A DNA stretch of 64,000 nt from Vicinamibacteria bacterium (lineage in GTDB: Bacteria > Acidobacteriota > Vicinamibacteria > Marinacidobacterales > Marinacidobacteraceae), in contig OZ241322.1 of assembly GCA_965199715.1 (NCBI GenBank), forward strand, positions 96,001 to 160,000. Direction: 5' to 3'. Under the pieces are notes generated by a model. It was not told the origin of the DNA. It worked only from the letters and a program-made list of their open reading frames with translations, and did no database searches. Of the stretch, positions 20,162 to 32,050 are shown in pieces. The position numbers and the translations under genes are program-made. Position 1 is the stretch's first letter. Every line of letters starts with the position of its first letter.

Positions 20162-21422
20162 AGGCGCTCGCGCTCGTCCTGCTCGTCGCGGCGGGGGGCG
20201 AGTGGCCCGGCTGGCGCGGTCCGGGAGGCCGGGGCGTCGCGGCGTCGCCGGCTCCGACCGAGTGGGGGCCGGAGCATCCGAACCTGCGGTGGCGGCGCGA
20301 GATTCCCGGCCGGGGGCACTCGTCGCCCATCGTGGCCGGGGATCTGGTTCTCCTGACCACCGGGATCGCCGGCGAGACCGTGCCCGGAGCCTCCGCCGTG
20401 ACCCATCGCATGGGCGGCGAGGAGTTCGTGCATCCCGACAGCGTCGGAGCCGACCGGCGGGTCACGCTGCTGCTGCTGGCCTACGACCGCGAGACGGGCG
20501 AACCCCGCTGGGAGCGGACGGTCCGGGACGGCGCGCTCCCCCACGACGCGCGCCATCGCGTGGGCTCCTACGCGAACCCCACGCCGCTGTTCGACGGCGA
20601 GCGCGTCCTCGCGTGGTTCGGCTCGCAGGGCCTCCACGCCTTCGACTTCGACGGCGAGCCGCTCTGGTCGCTCGACCTCGGCGGCGTCGCGACGCTCGGG
20701 ATGGGCGTCGGGGTCTCGCCGCTCCTCGTCCCGTCGGAGGGGCTGGTCGTGGTTCTCAACGACGCGAGCGACAAAGGCTCGTTCATCGCGGCGGTGGACG
20801 CCGCGACCGGGGCCGTGCGCTGGCGGAAGGAACGGACCCAGCCGGTCGGCTGGGCCTCGCCGATCCTCGTCGGCGACCGGATCGTGACCGCGGGAACGGA
20901 CGACGTCGTGGCCTACGACGCGGCGACCGGGGCCGAGGTCTGGCGCGCCGAGGGCCTCCATGCGAACGCGGTCCCGAGCCCGGTCGCGGACGACGGCGTC
21001 GTGGTGGTCGCGACCGGCTATCCCAGCAAGAAGGTCATGGGGATCGACGCCGCCGACGGAAGCGCGCTGTGGATCCACGCCCGGGGCCAGGGCTACGTGC
21101 CGTCGCCGATCCTCTACCGGGGGATCGTCCGGCTCGTCAGCGACGGCGGAATCCTGACCGCGCTCGACGCCCGGACCGGAGCGGTCCTCCACGACCCGGG
21201 GCGCATGCCGACCCCCGGCAAGTTCTTCGCGTCGCCGGTGGCGGCCGGGGACTTCCTCTACCTGACCAGCGAGGACGGCGACACTCACGTCGTCCCCGCC
21301 GGGCCGGAGTTCCGGGTCGAGGCCACGAACTCGCTGGACGAGCCGGTGTTCGCCTCGCCCGCCATCCACGACGGGGCGCTGTACCTGCGCAGCGTCTCCT
21401 CCCTCTACTCGGTGGCCGAACC

Positions 21423-21426
<4 letters not shown>
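20158..21426 (+). CDS. Secreted PQQ-like beta-propeller protein 5 (close paralog of protein 4)
   Basis: GTGA overlap start; EWPGWRGP, GHSSPIV, WFGSQGL shared with the upstream gene. Confidence 0.85.
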
Positions 21427-23296
<1,870 letters not shown>

Positions 23297-23300
<4 letters not shown>

Positions 23301-24712
23301 CGCTGCTGTTTCTCGCGCTGCTCGCCGTGGCGCCCGCCGAGTGGGACCGCTTCCGCGGCCCCAACGGGAGCGGACGCGGCCCCGACGGGTCGCTGCCCGT
23401 GGAATTCACCCCCGACCGGGAGCTCTTTCGGGTTCCGGTCCCGCTCGGGCACTCGTCGCCGATCCTCGCCGGCGGGCGGGTGCATTTGACCGCGTTCCGG
23501 GACGACGAGTTCGTGACCTTCGCGCTCGACATGGACACCGGCGAGACCCTGTGGGAGTCGATCGCCGCGAGGCCGCGCTTCACTGAGGTGGACTCGCGCA
23601 ACAACGCCGCGTCGCCGAGCGTCGCGGCGACCCCGGACGAGGTCGTCGCGTTCTTTCCCGATCTCGGCGTGATCGCCTACGACGGGGCGGGGGAGGAGCG
23701 CTGGCGGCTCCCGCTCGGCCCGTTCGACAACCTCTACGGGATGGGCGCCTCGCCGATCTTCGCGGGCGAGTACGTGGTGCTCGTGCTCGACCAGAACCTG
23801 GGCTCGGAGATCCTCGCGATCCATCGGGACGCTGGAACCGTGGCGTGGCGGACTCCCCGGCCCGAGGCCACGAGCGGCCATTCCACGCCGATCCTCCGGG
23901 ACGCCGCGGGCGGGGTCGAAATCCTCGCGCCGGGGAGCTTCCTGCTCACCGCCTACGCGCTGGAGACCGGGACGCCGAGCTGGTGGGTGCGCGGGCTGCC
24001 GTGGGAGATGAAGTCCACGCCGGTGATGGCCGGCGGCCTCGTGTACGTGAACGGCTACGGGGCGCCGCTGAACGAGCCGGGCAACCAGCGCACCGCGCCG
24101 AGCTTCGCGGACGCGCTCGAGGCGTCGGACGCCGACGGCGACGGGGCGATCTGCCGCGACGAGGCCGAGGGGCATCCGGCGTCGTGGTTTGGCGTGATCG
24201 ACCTCAGTGGGGACGACGCGCTCCAGGCCTCCGAATGGGCCTATTACGAGGCGGTGCTCGCGTCGCGCAACGGGGTGATCGCCGTCCGTCCGCCGGGCGT
24301 CGGCGAGTCGGGAGACGTGACCGACGCGAACACCGTCTGGACCTACCACCGCCGCGCGCCGCAGCTCCCGTCGCCGCTCGAAATCGGGGGCGTGCTGTAC
24401 CTCGTGAACGACGGCGGGATCGTGACCGCGCTCGACCCCGAAGAGGGGGTCATGCTGTCGCAGAACCGGCTGCGGGGCGCGGTGGACGCCTATTACGCCT
24501 CGCCGGTGGCCGCCGACGGGAAGATCTTCTTCGTGAGCGAGCTCGGCATGGTCGCGGTGACCCGGCCGCTCGAGCCGGGCGAGGAGTCGTCCGAGCTGGA
24601 GGTGCTCCACGTGAACCACCTCGAGGAGGCGGTGTACGCGACGCCCGCGATCGCGCCGTCGCGCCTCTACATCCGGACGGTCGAGCACCTGATCGCGATC
24701 ACGGGGGAGTAG
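23297..24712 (+). CDS. Secreted PQQ-like beta-propeller protein 6 with EF-hand-like insert
   Basis: GTG start; EWDRFRGP; DADGDGAICRDE and DLSGDDALQASE EF-hand-like loops. Confidence 0.82.
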
Positions 24713-24713
24713 C

Positions 24714-26846
24714 GTGGTCCTCCTGCTGCTGGCGCTCGCCCTCCAGCCGGACCCCGGCGCCGCGTTGCTGCAAGCCGCCGGCGACGGCGACGCGGCGGCG
24801 GTCCGGGAGCTGCTGGACGCGGGAGCGCCGGTCAACGCCGAGAACCGCTACGGCGCCACGCCGCTCTTCTTCGCGGCGGAGCGCGGCCACGTCGGGATCG
24901 TCCGGATGCTGCTGGACGCCGGCGCGGACGCCGCCCGGCGCGACCGGTTCTACCAGATGACGGCGCTGACCCGGGCGCTCGGGGCCGACCGCCGCGAGGC
25001 GGCGCTGCTGCTGATCGACCACGGCTCCGGCGAAGTCGGGTCGGCGCTGGTGTTCGCCGCGCGGGGCGGCGACGTCGAGCTTCTCGAGGCGGCGCTCGCG
25101 AACGGGACGTTCTTCCTCGAGGATCTGGAGGCGGCGCGGGACGCGGGCGTGGGCGCGATCCGGGAGCGTCTGGCGGCCGTCGTCGCCGAGCCGCGTCCGG
25201 TGGAGCCGGCGATCGCGCCCGGAGCGGTGGCCGGGCGGTACTTGCGCGAGGCCGACCGGGACGGCGTGCTGGTCCGGGCGGCCGGCGACGGGATCGAGGC
25301 CCGGTTCTTCACCGGCGAGGACGAGCCGGGCGAGCCGGTGCGGCTCGATCCGTCGGGCGAGCGCAGCTTCTCGGCCGAGGGACTGACGCTCGTCTTTCCC
25401 GGCCGCGGCGGCATGATCGAGCGGCTCGTCGTGGATCGCGGGGGGGAGATGCGCTCCTTCGAGCCGGTCGGCGAGCTGGAGGGGCGGGCGGAGGCGGACG
25501 TGGAGCCGGAGGAGGAGCGGGCGCCGGCGGCGGATCCGGTGGCTCCGCTGACGCCGGGACCGTGGCCGCAGTTCCGCGGGCCGCGCGGCTCGGGGATCGC
25601 CGACGGGCAGGGAACCCCGATCCGCTGGAGCGCCGAGACCGGCGAGGGGATCCGCTGGGAGGCCGAGCTTCCGGGGCTCGGCGTGTCCAGCCCGATCATC
25701 CATGGCGACCGGGTCTTCGCGGTGACCGCGGCGAGCGTGACCGGGGACACGGAGTTCCGGATCGGCCTCTACGGCGACGTCGCGCCGGTCGAGAACGAGA
25801 CCGAGCACGAGTTCGCGCTGCGGGCGCTCGATCTTTCGACCGGAGAGCCGCTCTGGACGACCGAGCTGCATCGGGGCGTCCCGAAGACGCTGCGGCACAC
25901 CAAGTCCAGCCAGGCGAACGCCACGCCGGCGACCGACGGCGAGCGGATCGTCACCGTGCTCGGCAGCGTCGGGCTCCTGTTCGCGCACGACCTCGACGGG
26001 AATCTGCTGTGGGAGCGGGACGTGGGGCCGCTGAACAGCGGCTGGTTCTACGACCCCGCGTTCCAGTGGGGGCACGCATCCTCCCCGGTGATCCACGAGG
26101 ACACGGTGATCCTGCTCGCCGACGTCCACGGCGACGCCTTCCTCGGGGCGTTCGACCTCGAGACCGGCGTGCCGGTCTGGCGCGCCGAGCGCAACGAGGT
26201 CTCGACGTTCTCCACGCCGCTCGTGCATGACGCGGGCGGCGCGCCGGAGGTCGTCGTCAACGGCACGGTCATCGCCGGCTACGACGCTTCCACGGGAGCC
26301 GAGCGCTGGCGGCTCGGCCCCAACTCGGAGATCCCGATCGGAGTGCCGCTCCGGGGCGACGGCCTCCTGTACGTGCAGGCCGGGTATCCGCCGGTCCGCC
26401 CGATCTACGCGATCCGTCCGGGGATGACCGGCGACCTCACGCTGCCCCTGGGCGAGGACGCGAGCGAGGCGATCGCGTGGAGCCACGACCGGGGCGGCGT
26501 GTACATCCCGTCGCCGCTGCTCTACCGGGGCGTCCTGTACCTGAACGCGAACAACGGCAGGCTCGCGGCCTACAGCGCCGAGACCGGGGAGCGCATCTAC
26601 CGCGCGCGCATCGGCGGCGTCGGCGGCTCGTATTCGGCCTCGCCCATCGCCGCCGACGGACGGCTGTACTTCACGTCCGAGGAGGGCGAGACCTTCGTGA
26701 TCCGCGCCGGACGCGAGTACGCGCTCCTCGCCCGGAACACCGTGGATCGGATCGTCATGGCGAGCCCGGCGGCGAGCGACGGGGTTCTGGTGATCCGGGC
26801 GATCGACCGGTTGTTCGGGATCTCCGGCGGGGACGCGCATCCTTGA
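24714..26846 (+). CDS. Ankyrin-repeat + PQQ-like beta-propeller protein 7
   Basis: YGATPLFFAAERGH ankyrin repeats at N-terminus; PWPQFRGP then propeller blades. Confidence 0.85.
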   Translation: MVLLLLALALQPDPGAALLQAAGDGDAAAVRELLDAGAPVNAENRYGATPLFFAAERGHVGIVRMLLDAGADAARRDRFYQMTALTRALGADRREAALLLIDHGSGEVGSALVFAARGGDVELLEAALANGTFFLEDLEAARDAGVGAIRERLAAVVAEPRPVEPAIAPGAVAGRYLREADRDGVLVRAAGDGIEARFFTGEDEPGEPVRLDPSGERSFSAEGLTLVFPGRGGMIERLVVDRGGEMRSFEPVGELEGRAEADVEPEEERAPAADPVAPLTPGPWPQFRGPRGSGIADGQGTPIRWSAETGEGIRWEAELPGLGVSSPIIHGDRVFAVTAASVTGDTEFRIGLYGDVAPVENETEHEFALRALDLSTGEPLWTTELHRGVPKTLRHTKSSQANATPATDGERIVTVLGSVGLLFAHDLDGNLLWERDVGPLNSGWFYDPAFQWGHASSPVIHEDTVILLADVHGDAFLGAFDLETGVPVWRAERNEVSTFSTPLVHDAGGAPEVVVNGTVIAGYDASTGAERWRLGPNSEIPIGVPLRGDGLLYVQAGYPPVRPIYAIRPGMTGDLTLPLGEDASEAIAWSHDRGGVYIPSPLLYRGVLYLNANNGRLAAYSAETGERIYRARIGGVGGSYSASPIAADGRLYFTSEEGETFVIRAGREYALLARNTVDRIVMASPAASDGVLVIRAIDRLFGISGGDAHP

Positions 26847-26929
26847 ACGACGCCGAATCGGACGCGCGCTACCTCTCGCTCGTCATCGATCCGGTGCGCC
26901 GGTGCGCGTCCCGCCCCGACGCGGTCTCG

Positions 26930-27769
26930 GCGACGCCGCAGCGATGGCGCCGCTGCCGGGAATTTCGAACGTCGAGCGCTGGTGGAACGAGCCGGAGCTC
27001 GCGTCCTGCGGCGGATGCTCGCCGCGATCCACGCCCACCCGCTCGACTCGGAGGGCGTCCGCGACCTGCTGCTCGTCGCGTTCTGCCGGACGATGATGGG
27101 TCTGTCCAACGCCGCGTTCCCCCACCAGTCGATGTCCTTCCGGGCGACGAACGGCGCGATGCGGACGCTGTTCGAGCGAAGCGTCGGGGAGCGCCATCGG
27201 GAGCGGTTCGAGCGGGATTTCGCGACGGTGCTGAAGGGCGCGACCGCTCCGCCCGGGGCCGGGGCGCGGACGGGTCGTCCTGGCGGACGCGCGATCGCCC
27301 GAATCCGCGTCCGGGGCCGACCTGCTCATCGCCTCGCCGCCGACCCGAATCGAATGTCCTACGTGCGGGAGCTTCGGCCCTGCATGTACTGGCTCGGATT
27401 CCTCGACAACCCCCGGCAGGCCGGAGAGCTTGATTGGAAGGCGATCGGCGGAACCTGGGGGGTCGCGACGAGCCGCTTGGCCTCGTGGGAAAGCAGCGGC
27501 GACGTCTTCCTGCCGCCGAGCCCGCCCGGCCTCCTCGGACGGATCGGAAACGGCGGAACCTCCGGCGGCGGTCTGTCGCGTTACGTCGGGAAGTGCTTCG
27601 AGGACGTCTGGCGACACATCGCCGCGACCTCGACCTGGATGCGCCCCGACGCGGACGGGACATGCTGCGCGAGGCCGGCGGGGACGACGTGACCGTGACC
27701 GCCATCAGGAAGCGCAACTCGAAGAAGGAGTTGTTCGAGTTCGCCGTGAGCGGTCGGGTGCCGCGATGA
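26930..27769 (+). pseudogene. Degenerate amino-type (N4/N6) DNA methyltransferase
   Basis: DLLIASPP-[1-nt gap]-PNRMSYVRELRP at about 27320-27380 restores SPPY if one T is added; several frameshifts; tail IRKRNSKKELFEF. Confidence 0.6.
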
Positions 27770-27870
27770 ACCACCCGTTGGTCGAGGCCCTGCTGATCGT
27801 CGCCGTCGCGGTCGGGCTGCTCGGCTGGGCGACCTGGGAGTTCTTCAAGGAGGTTGCGTCGAACCGCTGA
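27766..27870 (+). CDS. Putative small single-TM protein (34 aa)
   Basis: ATGA overlap with upstream remnant; MNHPLVEALLIVAVAVGLLGWATWEFFKEVASNR. Confidence 0.4.
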   Translation: MNHPLVEALLIVAVAVGLLGWATWEFFKEVASNR

Positions 27871-28259
27871 CCGCCGCTTCGTCCGTGCGTGGGGCCTCGT
27901 CGAGATCGGCCAACGCCACCCGGACGAAGGCGTCGGGGAGCGTCCCGGCGTTTGCGCACCGGGCGCGGCGGTGCGTGCCGTCGAGGCTGACCGAACAAGG
28001 GACCTGTCCGTCCGAACGACGCCGGATGAGTACCGACCGCCGGTGCCCGCCCGGCGCTTGGATCGTGACCTCCCCGTAGTGCGTCGGGTACGTTTCCAGT
28101 CGGCAAGGACGCAGTTGGTGCACCATCGGCAGCAGTCGCCGGGCGTTCGCCATCGCCCGACCGGAGGGCGCCGGGAATCCTTTCTTCCCGGGCCTCCGCC
28201 GGCGCGTCCTCGAGATCGGACAGCGCCGCTGCCAGATCGGGAGTCTCCACCGCATCCAC
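27845..28259 (-). pseudogene. Frameshifted hypothetical protein
   Basis: MDAVETPDLAAALSDLEDAPAEAREE continues in another frame as FPAPSGRAMANARRLL...LPDAFVRVALADL. Confidence 0.4.
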
Positions 28260-28300
28260 GTCGGAAAACTAGCGAACCCCCCTTCGGGCATGATTCGGCG

Positions 28301-29665
28301 ATGCGCCCGACCCCGCTCCTCCTCCTCCTCCTCGCCGCCGCGTGCGGCCCCGCCGCCGTCCCCGAACCGGACCCGTACGGAGTCCCGGGCGCGAAGAAGC
28401 GGTTCGAGATCCGGCGCGACGTCGTCGTCGGCAAGCTGGAGGCGGCGCTCGGGCCGGCGATGCGTGCCCACGGGATCGATCTCTGGCTCGTGCTCGACCG
28501 GGAGAACAACTACGACCCGCTCCATGAGGAGGTCGGCGGCGGCTTCTCCGGCGTCCGGGGCGCGTACATCTTCCACGACCGGGGCGGGGATCGTCCCGAG
28601 CGCATCTACATCGGCTCGCACGAACATCCGGGCAACTCGGTGGTCGGGCAGGCGTTCGACGAGACGCTCTACTACGGCTACCACCCGGACGGGATCACGC
28701 CGCACCTGCGGGCGGCTATCGAGTCGCGGGACCCCGAACGGATCGGCGTGAACACGTCGCACACGCTCCCCGAAGCGGACGGGCTCACCGCGGGTCTCCG
28801 GAACTTCCTCGAGGACGCGCTCGGGCCGGAGTACGCGCCCCGCCTCGTCTCCGCCGAGCTTCTGGTCCGGGACTTCCGCCTCGCGCGCACCGAGGCCGAG
28901 ACCCGCGCCTACCGAAAGGCGCTCGAGTGGACCGCGCGCTGGATGACCGAGACGCTGCGGGAGATCGAGCCGGGGGTCACGACCGCCGAGGACGTGGCCT
29001 GGCGCCTGCAGGACCGCGCCCGGGAGCTCGGCCTCACCGGCGGCGGCACGGTCCGGGTGGTCCGGGAAGGGGAGCTGCTCCCGATCCACGATCCGGACGT
29101 CGCGCTCCAGCCGGGCGACGTCGTCGGGATCGACGGCGGGCTCAAGTACCTGCACTTCGCCGTGGACATCAAGCGGACCGCCTATCTCCTGAAACCCGGC
29201 GAGACCGAGCTTCCGCCCGCGCTCGCTTCGGCGTGGGAGGACACGGTTCGCTTCGGCGAGCGCTACGCCTCGATGATGCTTCCGGGAACGGTCGGCCACG
29301 AACTCTGGTCGGCGCTGGGCGCCGAGGCGACGGCCGCCGGATACCGCAGCGTGGGACCCGACGCGGGCGGCGATGCGGTCACGACCACCGACCCCGAGGT
29401 CGGCGTGTACGGGCACTCGGTCGGCAACGTCGCCCACGACATCGGCGCCCGCGTCGCCGACAACCTGCCGTTCGCCTACGGGGACCGCGTGGGCTTCTCG
29501 CTCGTCGCCGACGAGTGGGTCTCGATCGAGTTCCACATGAGCACGCCCATCCCCGATTGGGGCGGCCGGACGTGGTATGCCCGCTTCGAGGAGACCGCGC
29601 AGGTCACGCCGGAGGGCGCCGAGTGGCTCATCCCGTTCCAGCGCGAGATCCTCCTCGTACCGTGA
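28301..29665 (+). CDS. M24 family (Xaa-Pro aminopeptidase-like) metallopeptidase, lipoprotein
   Basis: Lipobox AAAC; IDGG...VDIKRT, GHSVG...HD, SIEF, FEET metal ligands. Confidence 0.85.
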   Translation: MRPTPLLLLLLAAACGPAAVPEPDPYGVPGAKKRFEIRRDVVVGKLEAALGPAMRAHGIDLWLVLDRENNYDPLHEEVGGGFSGVRGAYIFHDRGGDRPERIYIGSHEHPGNSVVGQAFDETLYYGYHPDGITPHLRAAIESRDPERIGVNTSHTLPEADGLTAGLRNFLEDALGPEYAPRLVSAELLVRDFRLARTEAETRAYRKALEWTARWMTETLREIEPGVTTAEDVAWRLQDRARELGLTGGGTVRVVREGELLPIHDPDVALQPGDVVGIDGGLKYLHFAVDIKRTAYLLKPGETELPPALASAWEDTVRFGERYASMMLPGTVGHELWSALGAEATAAGYRSVGPDAGGDAVTTTDPEVGVYGHSVGNVAHDIGARVADNLPFAYGDRVGFSLVADEWVSIEFHMSTPIPDWGGRTWYARFEETAQVTPEGAEWLIPFQREILLVP

Positions 29666-30705
29666 AGCCGGTCGGCTTCGGCCTGATCGGGACCGGCATG
29701 GCCGGGGGCTTCCACGCCGACGAGCTGCGCCACGTTCCGAACGGCTTCCTCGCCGCGGTCTGTTCGCGCAACGCGGAGAACGCCCGCCGCTTCGCCGAGG
29801 CCCACGGCGCCGCTCGCTGGCACACCGACTACCGGGCGCTCCTCGACGACCCCGCGGTCGAGGTCGCGGCCGTCCTGAGTCCGACCGGCCTCCACGCCGA
29901 GATGGCCCTCGCCGCCGCCGAGCGCGGCAAGCACGTACTCGTCGAGAAGCCGCTCGAGGCCACCGTCGAGGCGGGCGAGCGCCTCGTCCGGGGCTGCCGC
30001 GAGCGGGAGGCGCTCGTCGGGGTCATCTTCCAGATGCGCTTCGGGCGCGTCGCCCGGATGCTGCGGGCGCTCATCGGAAGCGGCGGGCTCGGCGAGATCT
30101 GGATGGCCGACGCCTTCGACAAGGCCAGCCGCCCGCCGTCGTACTACCGGCGCGCCGCGTGGCGGGGGACCGAGGCGCTCGAGGGCGGCGGCTGCCTGAT
30201 GACCCAGTCGATCCACATCGCGGACCTCCTCCAGCACCTCGTCGGGCCGGTGGCCTCGGTGGTCGGGCGCACCGCCACCCGCCGCCACGACGTCGAGGTC
30301 GAGGACATGGCTGCGGCGCTGCTGCGGTTCGGGTCGGGCGCGATGGGCGTGCTGGAGAGCACGACGGCGATTCGGCCGGCGCTGCGCTCGCGGATCGAGA
30401 TCCACGGCGAGCGGGGAACCGTCGTCGCGAACGCCCAATACGACCAGTTCCTAGTCTGGAACGTCGAGGGCGTTCCCGGGCCGCCCGGCGTTCCCGAGAG
30501 CGACGCGCTGGAGGACACCGACGACCCGTGGGCCTATCCGCAGACCCGCCACCGAGTCCAGCTCCAGGACATGGCCCAGGCGGTGCGCGACGGGCGCGAA
30601 CCGATCCTCAACGGCGAGGAGGCGCTCAAGTCGCTGCGCCTCGTGCAGGCGATCCGGGAGTCGGCGCGCGCCGGACGCGAGGTCTTCCTTCCGGGCCTAA
30701 ACTAG
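29662..30705 (+). CDS. Gfo/Idh/MocA family oxidoreductase
   Basis: GLIGTG Rossmann motif, HVLVEKP, GGGCLMTQSIH. Confidence 0.9.
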   Translation: MKPVGFGLIGTGMAGGFHADELRHVPNGFLAAVCSRNAENARRFAEAHGAARWHTDYRALLDDPAVEVAAVLSPTGLHAEMALAAAERGKHVLVEKPLEATVEAGERLVRGCREREALVGVIFQMRFGRVARMLRALIGSGGLGEIWMADAFDKASRPPSYYRRAAWRGTEALEGGGCLMTQSIHIADLLQHLVGPVASVVGRTATRRHDVEVEDMAAALLRFGSGAMGVLESTTAIRPALRSRIEIHGERGTVVANAQYDQFLVWNVEGVPGPPGVPESDALEDTDDPWAYPQTRHRVQLQDMAQAVRDGREPILNGEEALKSLRLVQAIRESARAGREVFLPGLN

Positions 30706-30724
30706 CGGCGCGGAGGTTCTACTG

Positions 30725-32050
30725 ATGCGTTTTCTCGTTCTCGTCGCCGCGGCCGCCCTCCTTCTCGGGGCCGCTTCCGAAGACTGGCCCCACTGGCGGG
30801 GGCCCAACCACGACGGCGTGAGCGACGAGGTCGGCTTGCCGGTGTCGTGGGACACCGAGGACGGCGTGGTCTGGAAGGCCGAAATGCCGGCGTGGAGCGG
30901 CTCCACGCCGATCATCGCCGGCGACCGCATCTTCCTCAACGTCTCGGTTCCGGACGACGACGCGGGCGTGCCCGCAAACCCGTCGGGACGCCGCCCGAGG
31001 CGCCAGACCGGAGCCGGCAACGCGACGTACAGCGGGACGATCGAGCTCTGGGCGCTCTCCCGGACCGACGGCTCGCTCCTGTGGAAGCGGCCGCTGAGCG
31101 ACCGCGACTACCGGGGCCGCAAGAACAACATGTCGTCGCCCTCGCCGGTGACCGACTCCGAACGGGTCATCAGCCTCACCGGAACCGGGATCCTGAAGTC
31201 GTTCGACCACGACGGCGGCGAGCTCTGGTCGCGCGACATCCAGGCCGACTACGGCGACTTCGGGCTGAACTGGGGCTACGCGAGCAGCCCGCTTCTCGTC
31301 GGCGACGCGCTGTTCGTGCAGGTGCTCCACGGCATGAAGACGGACGATCCCTCCTACGTGATGCGGCTCGACGTCGGAACCGGCGAGACCGAATGGAAGA
31401 TCGAGCGCCCCACCGACGCGATTCACGAGTCCCCCGACTCCTACACGACCCCGTTCGTCCATGAGGTCGAAGGGCGCCGGGAGATCGTCATCACCGGCGG
31501 CGACGCGGTCACCGGGCACGACTTCGACACCGGCGAGGAGCTGTGGCGCTCGGACGGGCTCAACCCCGAGAACAACCGGGCCTACCGGATCGTGGCCTCG
31601 CCGGTCGTCAAGGACGGGATCATCTACGCGCCCACCCGGGTGAAGCCGCTGCTCGCGATCCGCACTGGCGGCGCCGGCGACATCACGGAAAGCCACCGCC
31701 TGTGGTCCTTCGACCGGGGTCCCGACGTCCCGAGCCCGGTCACCGACGGCAAGAGCTTCTACGTGGTCACCGACAACGGCGTCATGTACGCGCTCGACGC
31801 CCGCACCGGCGAGGTCCAGTGGGGCCCCGAGCGCATCGCGCCGGGCACCTATAGCGCGTCGCCGATCCTCGCCGAGGGCCGCATCTACATCATCAACGAG
31901 GACGGGGTGGCCTCGGTGATCTCGGTGGAGGACGGCTTCGAGGTGCTCGCGACGAACGACATGGGGGCCTACACCCTGAGCTCGTTCGCGATCTCCGGGG
32001 GGCAGCTCTTCGTCCGCACCGCCGACGCGCTCTACTGCATCGGCGACTGA
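30725..32050 (+). CDS. Secreted PQQ-like beta-propeller protein 8
   Basis: RBS GGAGG; signal peptide; DWPHWRGP; blades; LFVRT end. Confidence 0.85.
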   Translation: MRFLVLVAAAALLLGAASEDWPHWRGPNHDGVSDEVGLPVSWDTEDGVVWKAEMPAWSGSTPIIAGDRIFLNVSVPDDDAGVPANPSGRRPRRQTGAGNATYSGTIELWALSRTDGSLLWKRPLSDRDYRGRKNNMSSPSPVTDSERVISLTGTGILKSFDHDGGELWSRDIQADYGDFGLNWGYASSPLLVGDALFVQVLHGMKTDDPSYVMRLDVGTGETEWKIERPTDAIHESPDSYTTPFVHEVEGRREIVITGGDAVTGHDFDTGEELWRSDGLNPENNRAYRIVASPVVKDGIIYAPTRVKPLLAIRTGGAGDITESHRLWSFDRGPDVPSPVTDGKSFYVVTDNGVMYALDARTGEVQWGPERIAPGTYSASPILAEGRIYIINEDGVASVISVEDGFEVLATNDMGAYTLSSFAISGGQLFVRTADALYCIGD

